DNA from: an uncultured Pseudomonadota bacterium
GTDB taxonomy: Bacteria > Oederibacteriota > Muellerivitia > Muellerivitales > Muellerivitaceae
DNA: 64,000 bases
NCBI GenBank assembly: GCA_963836235.1
Contig: CAWIIP010000002.1
Location: forward strand, 416,001 to 480,000
Reading direction: 5' to 3'
The notes beneath the pieces were generated by a model. That model saw nothing but the letters and a program-made list of their open reading frames with translations, searched no databases and was not told where the DNA came from. The position numbers were made by a program, and so were the translations under genes. This document shows, in pieces, positions 46,512 to 56,600 of the stretch (within the stretch, counting starts at the first letter, position 1; each line of letters starts with the position of its first letter).

Positions 46512-47620
46512 GCCGCTTTCCTTTTTTCCGCCATTTTTAAAAGTCCTTCCACGATTTCCGAAGCCGCCTGGAGTTTGGCTAATTCCCCGGATTTAACTCC
46601 CATTTCCGCCAGTTTCTTCTCATCCGACAGCAGGGAGATCAGGGTTTGGGTCAGCTTTTCGTCGTCCAGTTCCTTTTCGGTAATCACGACTGCCGACCCA
46701 GCCCTCTCCATCGCCCTCGCATTCATCTCCTGATGTCCGGAAGCGTGCGGATACGGTATAAAAAGAGCCGGCAAGCCCCGGCTTAGGATTTCGGCGCAAG
46801 TCATGGCTCCGGCCCTCGCCACCACCAGGTCCGCCGCCGCGTAGGCTTCGTGAATGTTGCTGATAAAGGGCCTCAAAACCACCTTGAGAGGGCATTTTTC
46901 CAGGGCGTCCACCGTCTTTCGGTAATCGTCCCATCCCGTCATCATGATGACTTGCACCGCTTGGTCGCCCTGTCCCAAAAACTGGATCACATCCGTCATG
47001 AACTGGTTCAAAGCGTGGGATCCCTGGCTCCCGCCCAGCATCAGCACTGTGGTCGTGCCCAGGTTCAATCCGAAACTCTCTCGTGATTTCGCCTTCTCCG
47101 CCATCACGATTTCTTCTCGTACCGGAATTCCCGTCCATTGGGTTCTCCTTTTGGAAAAGTGTTTTAAAGCGTCCTCAAACCCGACGAAAATCCTCCTTGA
47201 AAACAAAGATAAAAACCTTGCCGCCAGACCCGGAACCACGTTGGGTTCAAAAAGAGCCACCGGAACCCCCCGCAGGGCCGCCGCCACCGAAATCGGAACG
47301 GAGACATAACCGCCCGTGGAAAAAATCGCGTCGGGCCGGAACCTTCCCACGATCCGCCCCGCCTGGATCAGGCTTTGAGCGAACTCGAACCAGAAAGTGA
47401 CAAGCCTCATCGACAGCCCCCGAGGGAAACTGCTGGTTTGGATGCCCTCAAACTGGAAACCTGAATCGGGGACCCATTTCGATTCCCGCCCATCGTTCTT
47501 ACCGACGTAAAGCAATTCGACCTCCGGATGTTTTGAAAGCTCCCGTGCGATGGCGATACCAGGAAAGATATGCCCCCCCGTTCCCCCGCCGGTGATGATG
47601 ATTTTCTTTTTCGAATCCAA
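46508..47620 (-). CDS. murG: Undecaprenyl-PP-MurNAc-pentapeptide GlcNAc transferase
   Basis: GGGTGGHIFP, GGYVS, GGSQG, RAGA, HQEMNA. Confidence 0.98.
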   Translation of the reverse strand: MDSKKKIIITGGGTGGHIFPGIAIARELSKHPEVELLYVGKNDGRESKWVPDSGFQFEGIQTSSFPRGLSMRLVTFWFEFAQSLIQAGRIVGRFRPDAIFSTGGYVSVPISVAAALRGVPVALFEPNVVPGLAARFLSLFSRRIFVGFEDALKHFSKRRTQWTGIPVREEIVMAEKAKSRESFGLNLGTTTVLMLGGSQGSHALNQFMTDVIQFLGQGDQAVQVIMMTGWDDYRKTVDALEKCPLKVVLRPFISNIHEAYAAADLVVARAGAMTCAEILSRGLPALFIPYPHASGHQEMNARAMERAGSAVVITEKELDDEKLTQTLISLLSDEKKLAEMGVKSGELAKLQAASEIVEGLLKMAEKRKAA

Positions 47621-47658
47621 TCCCCATTCCTTCCTCGCTTTTCTTCAACCCTTAAGCC

Positions 47659-48825
47659 TTAGCTAACCGCCGAAGGCTGCCAGCTACCGGCTGGTGTTAA
47701 GGGCGACGGCAATTTGATTCCCCGTGAAATGTTGAAAAGAATCCCTATCGAAGCCAGCGTGAACACCATGGAAGAGCCGCCATAAGAAATGAGCGGTAGT
47801 GGAATTCCTTTAGTGGGCAAAAGACCCGTGACCACTCCCAAGTTGACCAGGGCCTGGAATCCGATCAGACCCGTAATTCCCGAGGCTAAAAGAGCTTGGA
47901 AAAGGCCACCTTCCCTCTGGCTGACCGCTGAAGCGATCTTGAATCCCCGTAAAATGAAGACCGCGAAAAGAAACACCAGTGTCCCTGCGCCCACCAGACC
48001 TAATTCCTCGGCGATGATGGCGAAAATGAAATCCGTATGGGGGGCCGGAAGGTAAAAGAGCTTTTGCGAGCTATTGGAAAGTCCCACACCCAGGGGCCCC
48101 CCATTTCCTACCGCGATCAAACTTTGAATCAACTGAAAACCCGACCCTTGGGGATCATCCCAGGGATTGAGGAATGCCGTAATTCGTTTCATCCGGTAGC
48201 TGGCGGACTCCACCAAGAAAATAAAGACCGGAATCAAGATAGATAAGGGAATCAAGAAAAAGGTCAATTGCATGCCCGCCAGAAACAACAAAAGGATGGT
48301 GACCAGGGCTAGGAGAACCGCCGTGCCAAAGTCATGCTGTTTTTCCAGGAGCACCATGCAAACACCCAAAATAGCCAGATAGGGGAATAGGCCAGAAAAG
48401 TTCACCAGCGTTTGCTTTCGGCGGTCTAGCGAATCGGCAAGGTAGAAAACTAGGACGATTTTCAGGGTTTCGGAAGGTTGGAAGGAAAAAGGCCCAAGTC
48501 GGAACCATCTTTGGGCGCCACCCACCGTCCTGCCAATGCCCGGAACACAAACCAAAACCATGAGAAATAGAGCTATAAAAAGCCCTGGGATGGCCAGGGC
48601 CCGCAAATTATCCAGATTTACTCGGGAGGTGACCCACATGCCGAAACAGCCCACAACCACCCAGAGAAGCTGGCGTGCGAAAAAATAATAGGAATTGCCA
48701 TAGCGGTCATGGGCCAGGATGGCCGAGGCGCTATAAATCATGATCAGCCCCACCGTCACCAGAATCAGGGTGAGCAGGAACATCAGGAAATCCGGCGAAG
48801 GTTGTTCTTTGGTTCTAAAGCTCAT
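47659..48825 (-). CDS. ftsW: Peptidoglycan polymerase FtsW
   Basis: GAQRW, FQPSE, FLNPW.DP.G.GFQ, LPAPHTDFIF, PTKGIPLPLISYGGSS. Confidence 0.97.
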   Translation of the reverse strand: MSFRTKEQPSPDFLMFLLTLILVTVGLIMIYSASAILAHDRYGNSYYFFARQLLWVVVGCFGMWVTSRVNLDNLRALAIPGLFIALFLMVLVCVPGIGRTVGGAQRWFRLGPFSFQPSETLKIVLVFYLADSLDRRKQTLVNFSGLFPYLAILGVCMVLLEKQHDFGTAVLLALVTILLLFLAGMQLTFFLIPLSILIPVFIFLVESASYRMKRITAFLNPWDDPQGSGFQLIQSLIAVGNGGPLGVGLSNSSQKLFYLPAPHTDFIFAIIAEELGLVGAGTLVFLFAVFILRGFKIASAVSQREGGLFQALLASGITGLIGFQALVNLGVVTGLLPTKGIPLPLISYGGSSMVFTLASIGILFNISRGIKLPSPLTPAGSWQPSAVS

Positions 48826-48977
48826 TTTAAATCCTTAGTTTTCATCCCTTCGTTCGGATTCCGAACAGAGTGTCGTAAGGTGTTGAAAAGGCGTTGGTAG
48901 GTGTTGCTGTCAGAATCCGAGCGCAAGAATGAAAACCTCCTTTCGTTTCTGGAATTAAACAATCCCTGTTTAAGCAT
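48822..48977 (-). CDS. Putative 51-aa bridging ORF between murD and ftsW
   Basis: ATG overlaps the murD stop (ATGCTTAA) and the TGA overlaps the ftsW ATG (ATGA); MLKQGLFNSRNERRFSFLRSDSDSNTYQRLFNTLRHSVRNPNEGMKTKDLK*. Confidence 0.42.
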   Translation of the reverse strand: MLKQGLFNSRNERRFSFLRSDSDSNTYQRLFNTLRHSVRNPNEGMKTKDLK

Positions 48978-50349
48978 TTACTTTTCCAGCCTTCTGCCGG
49001 GCCATCTTCTGGACTACCGCCTTGAACTGCCTTCCCCGGTCCTCGTAATTCTGGAACATGTCAAAACTGGCGCATCCAGGGGAAAAGAGTACGACTCCAC
49101 CCTTTTCCGAAGCCGCATAGGCGCCGTTGACCGTCTCTTCCAGCGTCCCAGCCTCAACCACCGTCGCGGCAGAAGCCAATTGTTGAACCACTTTCGTCTT
49201 GCATTCACCGAAAGCCACGATTCGGGTTACTTTTTCTTTCACCAAGGAGGCCAGACGCGTGAAATCCCCCGCCTTGTCCCTTCCGCCCAAAATCAAGACG
49301 ATAGGGCGATCGAAACTTTCCAAGGCTTTCAAGACCGAATCCACGTTCGTACCTTTGGAATCGTTCACGAAACGAACTCCATTGATTTCTCCCGCCGCTT
49401 CCAGGCGGTGCTCCACTCCGGTGAATTCCGAGAGGGTCTTGGCTATGACTGCGTCTGAAACTCCACTCAAGGAAGCCATTAAGGCCGCCGCGCAAGCGTT
49501 CTCCAAATTGTGGGGACCCGGGATTTTCAAGTCGGAAGCCGCCATCAAAGTTCTCCCCAAAAGTTCGATCTTCTCCCCTGTCATGAAGCAACCTGGTTTT
49601 GTGGCGCCCTTGGTTCCCGGAAAACCAAAAAGATAAAGCTGGCTTTTCACCAAGCTTGAAAGAATGGGGGTATATTTATCGGACACATTGAGAACGGCGA
49701 CATCTTCGGATTTCTGGTTTTCAAAGATACGGCCTTTCGTTTCCACGTAATTCTGCATTCCTTCGTGCCGGTCCAAATGGTCTGGGGTCACGTTCAGAAC
49801 GGAAGCCAAACGGGGCCGGAATTCCTCTATGGTTTCCAATTGAAAGCTGGAAACCTCCAAAACCGCCCAATCCTCGCTGGAAAGCTCAAAAACCGTTTCG
49901 GCAAAGGCTTTTCCGATATTGCCGCAAGCGACCGCTTTGTGTCCCCCTCCGTTGATCATGGCCGTTAACAAAGTGGTGGTCGTAGTCTTCCCATTAGTTC
50001 CCGTGATGGCCGCCACGGAAGCCGGACAATAGCCAAAAGCCAGCTCCATCTCGCCGATAACCATAATTCCTTTGTCCCGAGCGGCTTCTAAAGTCGGGTG
50101 GTTGAAAGGAACGCCCGGTGAAGTGATGACCAGATCCGAGCTCAGAACGGTGGTAGGATCGATTCCACCCAACATGAGTTGGACGTGTCCAATATCCTTG
50201 GATTTCTCAATCCAGGCTGTAAGTTTTTCGGGGGTTTTATCATCCAGGATCACGACGTGGGCCCCATGGACGGAAAGAAGGCGCGCCGCCGCGAAACCCG
50301 AGCGTCCCAGACCGATAACCGCTACTTGTTTTCCGTGTACGTAATGCAT
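48970..50349 (-). CDS. murD: UDP-N-acetylmuramoyl-L-alanine--D-glutamate ligase
   Basis: GLGRSG, SPGVP, TGTNGKTTT, EVSSFQL, DHLDRH, NDSKGTN, SPGCASFD; probable start 50349. Confidence 0.98.
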   Translation of the reverse strand: MHYVHGKQVAVIGLGRSGFAAARLLSVHGAHVVILDDKTPEKLTAWIEKSKDIGHVQLMLGGIDPTTVLSSDLVITSPGVPFNHPTLEAARDKGIMVIGEMELAFGYCPASVAAITGTNGKTTTTTLLTAMINGGGHKAVACGNIGKAFAETVFELSSEDWAVLEVSSFQLETIEEFRPRLASVLNVTPDHLDRHEGMQNYVETKGRIFENQKSEDVAVLNVSDKYTPILSSLVKSQLYLFGFPGTKGATKPGCFMTGEKIELLGRTLMAASDLKIPGPHNLENACAAALMASLSGVSDAVIAKTLSEFTGVEHRLEAAGEINGVRFVNDSKGTNVDSVLKALESFDRPIVLILGGRDKAGDFTRLASLVKEKVTRIVAFGECKTKVVQQLASAATVVEAGTLEETVNGAYAASEKGGVVLFSPGCASFDMFQNYEDRGRQFKAVVQKMARQKAGKVNA

Positions 50350-50357
50350 TTTTTTCC

Positions 50358-51446
50358 TTAACGAAGCTTCAAGGTGGACAGCGTGAGTAACGTCAAAATG
50401 ATCGCCACGATCCAAAACCGGACGATGATCTTGGATTCTGGAACACCGGAAAGTTCAAAATGGTGATGAAGAGGCGCCATCTTGAAGACCCGTTTTCCAC
50501 TCATTTTGAAGGAAGTAACTTGGATGATGACCGAGAGGGCTTCCGCCACGAAAATGCCGCCCACAATGATCAGAAGAATTTCCTGTTTCACCATGACCGC
50601 AATGGTGCCCAAAAGCCCCCCCAAAGCCAGGGAACCCGTATCGCCCATGAAGATCTGAGCCGGGGGGGCATTGAACCAAAGGAATCCGAGGCCCGCGCCG
50701 ACGAGGGCAGCGCAAAGAACCGTCAATTCGCCAGCTCCCGGCACCATGATGATTTTGAGGTATTCGCTGAACTTTACGTTTCCCGATACATAAGTCACTA
50801 CCACGAAGGCCATAGCGGCAAAGGTCGTGCAACCAATAGCCAACCCATCTAGGCCGTCGGTCAAGTTTACGGAATTGGAAGCGCTGACGATCACTAAGAC
50901 CGCGAAGAAGGGATAGAGAACATCCAGGTTCATGGGATGTTTAAAAAATGGAAGAGTGATGGATGTTTTTAAGAGGAAATCGTCCGGAAGAACGGAGAGG
51001 TAGCCGCCGACAATGATGATAGCCCCAATGGTCTGGAGAATAAGTTTCCAAGTCCCGGGAATCCCCCGGCTCTTTCCAATGCCTTTGAGTTTGACAAGGT
51101 CGTCCGCGAAACCGATGGATCCATACCAAAGAAGGGAGAAGAATGCCAGCCAGAAGAACTTGGAATCCCAACGAACCCAAAGAAGGGCGCTTAAACCCAG
51201 CGTCAACAAAACCAAAACGCCGCCCATGGAGGGGGTTCCGGCCTTTGCCGAATGGCTGGCGGGACCATCGTGGCGTATCTTCTCGCCCAATTGCAAACCC
51301 CGAATTCGCTCAATGACGCCTTTCCCAAAAAAGAGGCAAAACCCGAAGGCGGTGACGGCAGCGTAGACGCTTCGAAACGTCACATAACGAAAGACGTTAA
51401 AACCGACAAAGTGGTTCGCCAGTGGATAAAGCAAGTGATAAAGCAT
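50358..51446 (-). CDS. mraY: Phospho-N-acetylmuramoyl-pentapeptide transferase
   Basis: KAGTPSMGG, NSVNLTDGLDGLA, FMGDTGS, MAPLHHHFE. Confidence 0.98.
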   Translation of the reverse strand: MLYHLLYPLANHFVGFNVFRYVTFRSVYAAVTAFGFCLFFGKGVIERIRGLQLGEKIRHDGPASHSAKAGTPSMGGVLVLLTLGLSALLWVRWDSKFFWLAFFSLLWYGSIGFADDLVKLKGIGKSRGIPGTWKLILQTIGAIIIVGGYLSVLPDDFLLKTSITLPFFKHPMNLDVLYPFFAVLVIVSASNSVNLTDGLDGLAIGCTTFAAMAFVVVTYVSGNVKFSEYLKIIMVPGAGELTVLCAALVGAGLGFLWFNAPPAQIFMGDTGSLALGGLLGTIAVMVKQEILLIIVGGIFVAEALSVIIQVTSFKMSGKRVFKMAPLHHHFELSGVPESKIIVRFWIVAIILTLLTLSTLKLR

Positions 51447-51455
51447 TTGGGTTCC

Positions 51456-51638
51456 TTAGTTCTTACTCAATCTTGAGAAACGAATCGACAATTGCTTCCC
51501 GTCCATTGTGTTTTCAGATCTCGCTTCGGCAGAAGGTCCCGTCTCGAAATCGGCCTTCACCGGAACCAATCCGTTCCCCTTCGCAAAAGGGTGGTCCTCT
51601 CCAGCCAAATCATCCAAAAACTTCTTTAAAAAAATCAC
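51456..51638 (-). CDS. Putative 60-aa bridging ORF between murF and mraY
   Basis: GTG overlaps the murF stop (GTGA); its TAA overlaps the mraY SD (TAAGGA); present in the ORF track. Confidence 0.42.
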   Translation of the reverse strand: MIFLKKFLDDLAGEDHPFAKGNGLVPVKADFETGPSAEARSENTMDGKQLSIRFSRLSKN

Positions 51639-52981
51639 TTTTCAAATCCTTCCAACATCTTCTCCAGTTTCATACCCCGGGAAGCTTTCAACAAAACTGC
51701 GTCTCCTTTTTGAGCCGAACGGCGGAGGAATGCTCTCGCGTCCATAACTCCGTCAAAAGCCCGAACTTTGGTTTTCTGCGATTCCGCAAGGCTGTTAAAG
51801 GCCTTTTTCATGCGCGTTCCAACCAATAAAACGTTTTCGACAGAACTTTCCGCCGCCCTTTTCACGATGCGGTAATGGGTTTCGGGCGAGAATTCGCCCA
51901 GCTCCAACATATCGCCCAGCACCGCCCATTTGCGTTGGGGACCCTTCATTTGGTCAAAGGTAACTAGGGCCGCTTCCATGGAAGTCGGCGAGGCGTTGTA
52001 GGCGTCATTGACGAATAAGATTCCATTCAAATTCTTGATCTCCATGCGCATAGGCGCCTGGGATACGAAAGAGCGCAGGCGGACCGCCAATGCTTTCAAT
52101 GGGATTCCCAGCACCAGTCCGGCGGAAACCGCCGCCGCTGAATTGCGGACGTTATGGGCCCCCGGCATGGAAAGCCGGGTTTCGGAGGTCTCGCCCTCCG
52201 CTTGCAGTTCAAAACGGGTTCCCAAGCCGTCGGCTTCGAGATGAACGGCCCGCACTTGGCCCAACTTCAATCCAAAGGTCATGACATTCTCGACATTCGT
52301 CCTCAATAAGGTATCGTCCGCGTTCAAGATGTTGGTTCCTCCATTTCTTAAATGTGCCGCGATCTTCTGTTTTTCCGCCGCCAAATGCCGGCGGTTCTTA
52401 AAAAACCCTAAATGCGCTTCCCCGATGGCGGTGACAATGGCCACATCCGGCCTGGCGATCTCGGAGAGCCGTTCCATTTCTCCCGGATGGTTGATCCCCA
52501 GCTCCACCACCGCAACTTCATGCTCTTTCTTCAATTCCAGCAGGGTCAAAGGCAGCCCCCACTGGTTGTTCAAATTGCCCTGGGTCTTCAGGACTCGGAA
52601 AGACCCGGCCATCAGATGGGCGGTCATATCCTTCACCGTGGTCTTCCCCACGCTTCCCGTCACCGCTACCACCGGACCGTTCCATTGAAGCCTTTGGGCC
52701 CTCCCCATTTGGCCCAGGGCTTCCGTCGTGTCCTTCACGAGAATCTGCGGCATTCGACCCGGCACGATCTTGGAAACAACCGCCGCCACCGCCCCTTTTC
52801 GCGCCGCTTTCCCCAAAAAGCGGTGACCGTCCAACCGGGCCCCCACAATGGCCACAAAAAGATCCCCCCGCTTCACGTTCCGGGTGTCGTGGCGAACACC
52901 CGATACTTTCACCTCACCGTCGCCTTTGATGAACCGCCCGTTGACGAGCGCGGCCACCTCCCTCAAACTCCATGGCAACAT
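51635..52981 (-). CDS. murF: UDP-MurNAc-tripeptide--D-Ala-D-Ala ligase
   Basis: TGSVGKTTVKD, GNLNN..GLPLTL, ELGINH.GE, NDAYNASP, LGDMLELG, KASRG; start ATG 52981 overlaps the murE stop (TAATG). Confidence 0.97.
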   Translation of the reverse strand: MLPWSLREVAALVNGRFIKGDGEVKVSGVRHDTRNVKRGDLFVAIVGARLDGHRFLGKAARKGAVAAVVSKIVPGRMPQILVKDTTEALGQMGRAQRLQWNGPVVAVTGSVGKTTVKDMTAHLMAGSFRVLKTQGNLNNQWGLPLTLLELKKEHEVAVVELGINHPGEMERLSEIARPDVAIVTAIGEAHLGFFKNRRHLAAEKQKIAAHLRNGGTNILNADDTLLRTNVENVMTFGLKLGQVRAVHLEADGLGTRFELQAEGETSETRLSMPGAHNVRNSAAAVSAGLVLGIPLKALAVRLRSFVSQAPMRMEIKNLNGILFVNDAYNASPTSMEAALVTFDQMKGPQRKWAVLGDMLELGEFSPETHYRIVKRAAESSVENVLLVGTRMKKAFNSLAESQKTKVRAFDGVMDARAFLRRSAQKGDAVLLKASRGMKLEKMLEGFEK

Positions 52982-54462
52982 TAATTCGTCTTCTTCATCT
53001 TCTTCAAAAGATCCCGGCTCACTTCCCGGTCGTCGAAATGCTGTTTCTCTTCCCCGATCACTTGGTAAGTCTCGTGCCCCTTGCCCGCAATTAAAACCAG
53101 ATCCCCCTTTTTCGCCATGGAAAGGGCCAACTTGATGGCCTCGGCCCTTTCTTCTTCCACCCATACCCGCCGGTGGCCGTTTTGCGTCAAGGGATGAGGA
53201 ATACCCCTCAGGATGTCTTCCAAAATGATCGCCGGTTTTTCAGTGCGGGGGTTATCCGAGGTCACGACCGTCATATCGGCCAATTGGGATGAGATTTTGC
53301 CCATCAGGGGCCGCTTGGTTCGGTCCCTGTCTCCGCCACAGCCGAAAACCGAAATCAACTTGTGAAAGCTTTTTTTGCCGAGGATTTCCCGGGAAGCGAT
53401 CAAGGCCTGTTTCAAGGCGTCCGGGGTATGGGCGTAATCCACCAACACCGTGAAATCCTGCCCCGCCGCCACCTCCTCGAATCGACCCGGAACCGCCGGC
53501 GCGTGCTTGAGTCCGTCTCGAAGGGTTTGCCACGAAAGGCCCAATTCCCTCAAAACCGAGATGGCCGCCAGCGAATTGTAGATATTGAAAATCCCGGTCA
53601 ACGGAGCCTCGAAAGCGTGGCCTTGGACTTCAAACCCGATAAAGCCAGGCCGATGTTGGACCTTCAGGGCTTGATAAGCGCATTTGGCCTTCAGGCCGTA
53701 ACCCACGGCCTTGGATTTGAACTCGCTCAATAGTTTTTGGCCGTAAGTGTCGTCAGCGTTGACGGCTCGCGCTTCGACGCTTTTGAATTCGGTGAACAAA
53801 CGGCGCTTGGCGTGAAAGTAATGGGTGAAATTCTTGTGATAATCCAAATGGTCGCGGCCCAAGTTGGTAAAAACCACGCCTTTGAAATCGATTCCCAAGA
53901 CCCTTTTCATTTCCAAAGCGTGGGAAGATACTTCCATGACACCCCACTTGCATTTTTGGCGGCGCATTTCATCTAGTAATTTCACAATGACCAGTGAGGA
54001 TGGCGTGGTGTTGTTGGCCTCGTATATTTTCTTTCCGATCTGGTAGGCGATCGTGCCGATAAGTCCCGCCGGCTGCCCTGCCCTTTCCAGGATGGACCGG
54101 ATAAGGTAGGTGGTCGTGGTTTTGCCCTTAGTGCCGGTCACCCCAATCACCTTCACTTTTTTGGAAGGGTCACCGTAATAAAAATGCGCCAATCGGGCCA
54201 AGGCTTCCCGGCTGTCCTTGACCACCAGTTGGGGCACTGACAGGCCGTTCAATGGCTTTTCCTGAACCACCACCGCCGGGGCGCCTAATTCCAAAGCCTC
54301 CTGGGCGTAAACCCGGCCATCTACTTTTGCTCCGGGGACACAAACAAAAAGGTCCCCCGAATGGGTCTGTTTTGAATTCTCGGCGATGCCGGTCAATTTC
54401 GGATTGCCTTTTCCGACGACTTTTAAACCTTTCAATTTTTGGGCCAGGGACAGGAATCTCAT
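52981..54462 (-). CDS. murE: UDP-MurNAc-dipeptide--meso-DAP ligase
   Basis: TGTKGKTTT, MEVSSH, DHLDYH, DYAHTPD, GCGGDRD, DNPR (meso-DAP-type), GKGHE; probable start 54462. Confidence 0.98.
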   Translation of the reverse strand: MRFLSLAQKLKGLKVVGKGNPKLTGIAENSKQTHSGDLFVCVPGAKVDGRVYAQEALELGAPAVVVQEKPLNGLSVPQLVVKDSREALARLAHFYYGDPSKKVKVIGVTGTKGKTTTTYLIRSILERAGQPAGLIGTIAYQIGKKIYEANNTTPSSLVIVKLLDEMRRQKCKWGVMEVSSHALEMKRVLGIDFKGVVFTNLGRDHLDYHKNFTHYFHAKRRLFTEFKSVEARAVNADDTYGQKLLSEFKSKAVGYGLKAKCAYQALKVQHRPGFIGFEVQGHAFEAPLTGIFNIYNSLAAISVLRELGLSWQTLRDGLKHAPAVPGRFEEVAAGQDFTVLVDYAHTPDALKQALIASREILGKKSFHKLISVFGCGGDRDRTKRPLMGKISSQLADMTVVTSDNPRTEKPAIILEDILRGIPHPLTQNGHRRVWVEEERAEAIKLALSMAKKGDLVLIAGKGHETYQVIGEEKQHFDDREVSRDLLKKMKKTN

Positions 54463-56600
54463 GAGTTTCCTTCCAAGCCCGTTGAATTGGTTTTGGCCAC
54501 CGGAACTTCGCAATTCAAGTCGCAAGGGGTATCGTTCGCGATGGACCGTCCCGCGGAGGGAAACTGCGACTTCACCACACCCTCACCTTTAAAGTTCACG
54601 TGAACGCCCAAGGGCGCCAAAAGGGCCAATGCCTGACGCTTCGTCTTGCCCCTAAGATCCGGCATCAAACCCGCGACAGGACTAGATTCGGGCTCGCCTA
54701 AAGTCAGCGTGATATAGGTTTGTTGTTCAAGGTCCGTCGAAAGCGTCGTCCCCGACGATTGGGACTGGGATACGACCCTTTGTCCCTTTCCGTTAAACTT
54801 GACCTTGAGATGGTCGTTTTGCGCCAGCCATTCGCACTGGGAAGGCGTGAGCCCAACAAAAGAGGGAGCTAAGCGTTGTTCTCCAGTCTGGGCAAATAAG
54901 GTGGTCGGGCCGTTTCCGGGAACCATGTCATAAACCAGAGCCCTTTTGGCCACTTCCTTGAATACCGGTCCCGCCGTGTAGCCGCCCCAATAAATTCCCC
55001 TCGGGTCATCCAGTGAGACATAAATGACAAATTTTGGATTTTGGGCTGGGACAAACCCAATAAACGAAGAAACGTAGTTATATTTCGAGTAATGGCCGTT
55101 CATGAATTTATAAGCCGTGCCCGTCTTACCCGCGATATCGTAAGAAGGCAGAGCCACCGCCGTTCCAGTGCCTTTTTCCACCACCCACTTCATTAATTCC
55201 GTCATCCGCTTGGAGGTTTTGACCGAACAAACTCGGCGAATTTTTTTTGGCCCAAATTCTTTAACCGCCCTTCCATCGGTGGTCTCCAACGCTTTCACAA
55301 CATAAGGCCTCATCATGACACCCTTATTTGCGATCGCGGCATAAGCGTCTAGCATCTGAATGGGCGTAGTGGAAACTTCATAACCATAGGGAATAGAAGT
55401 GAGGGAAAGCCCGCTCCATTTGTCCAGGGGCCTCAATTTGCCCGGGGATTCCCCCGGAAGATCAATGCCGGTCAAATCCCCGATGCCAAATTGTTTGGCA
55501 TAATGATAAAGATTTTCTTTCCCCAGTTTCATACTGACCTTCACCATTCCAATATTGCTGGAGTAACCGAAAACTTCCCGAAAAGTGAGCCAACCATGCT
55601 TTTCGTGGTCCGTCACCACACGTCCATAATCGGTATGGTATGCGCCGTTTTCACAAAAAAACTTGTCGTCCTCATTGACAACACCCTCTTCCAACGCGCC
55701 CACAGCCGCGATCAATTTGAAGGTACTTCCAGGCTCAAACTCGTCGTTGACGACGCGATCCCGCCAAAATTCCTTGGGAGAATCGGAAAAATGATTGGGA
55801 TCGTAATTGGGGTAGTTGGCCAAGGCTAATATTTCGCCCGTATGGGGATCCATCACCACGATGGAAGCGGCTTTGCACCGGTACTTTTCAAAAGCTTTCT
55901 CTAACTCCACCTGGGAGATGTGCTGAATAGTCTTATCGAGAGTCGTCACCACGTTGAGCCCGTCCACATTGGCTTTCACCGACTTGTTGTCGGCCAAAAC
56001 CACTCGGCCTCGCGCATCCCGCTCCGTGAGAACTAATCCCTTTTTTCCTGCGAGAACGTCTTCGTAATAACGTTCCAGCCCATCCAAACCCTGGTCGTCG
56101 ATTCCGGTGAACCCCAAAACATGGGCCGCCATTTCGTGGTCGGGATAAAAACGGCGCTGCTCCCGGGTAGCTTCAACGCCTTCCAGTTTCAGGTTTTCCA
56201 CCGCGTCCGAACGCTCATAGGGCACCTGACGAGCCACCCAAACAAAAGGCTGGTTGCCTGAAATTTTGCAGAGCATTTCCCCATAAGACAAACCCAATGC
56301 ATGCGAAAGGGCCGCGGCCGTATTGTCTTTGTCTGTGATTTGATCGGGATGGGCGCAGACATTGAAAAGCCCAATGTTCATCGCCAGCGCCTCTCCGGAT
56401 CTATCTTCAATCATTCCACGGGAGGGACTCGTTTCCTTGGACGTATATTGCTGGTGATAGGCCAATTGACGGAACTCGGAATGTTTGAAAACTTGCAAGT
56501 AAACCAATCTCCCTTCCACGAAGAGGATCGAAAGGAATAAAACCGACTCCAGCAAGAGGAGCCGCTTTTGCATTTGGGTGTAATGACGAAGTGCGCTCAA
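54459..56600 (-). CDS. ftsI: Division transpeptidase (class B PBP) with two C-terminal PASTA domains
   Basis: RGMIEDR, RRFYP, GLE, EPGSTFK (SxxK), SSN, KTGT; PASTA-like APSFVGLT and MPDLRGKT. Confidence 0.95.
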   Translation of the reverse strand: MSALRHYTQMQKRLLLLESVLFLSILFVEGRLVYLQVFKHSEFRQLAYHQQYTSKETSPSRGMIEDRSGEALAMNIGLFNVCAHPDQITDKDNTAAALSHALGLSYGEMLCKISGNQPFVWVARQVPYERSDAVENLKLEGVEATREQRRFYPDHEMAAHVLGFTGIDDQGLDGLERYYEDVLAGKKGLVLTERDARGRVVLADNKSVKANVDGLNVVTTLDKTIQHISQVELEKAFEKYRCKAASIVVMDPHTGEILALANYPNYDPNHFSDSPKEFWRDRVVNDEFEPGSTFKLIAAVGALEEGVVNEDDKFFCENGAYHTDYGRVVTDHEKHGWLTFREVFGYSSNIGMVKVSMKLGKENLYHYAKQFGIGDLTGIDLPGESPGKLRPLDKWSGLSLTSIPYGYEVSTTPIQMLDAYAAIANKGVMMRPYVVKALETTDGRAVKEFGPKKIRRVCSVKTSKRMTELMKWVVEKGTGTAVALPSYDIAGKTGTAYKFMNGHYSKYNYVSSFIGFVPAQNPKFVIYVSLDDPRGIYWGGYTAGPVFKEVAKRALVYDMVPGNGPTTLFAQTGEQRLAPSFVGLTPSQCEWLAQNDHLKVKFNGKGQRVVSQSQSSGTTLSTDLEQQTYITLTLGEPESSPVAGLMPDLRGKTKRQALALLAPLGVHVNFKGEGVVKSQFPSAGRSIANDTPCDLNCEVPVAKTNSTGLEGNS

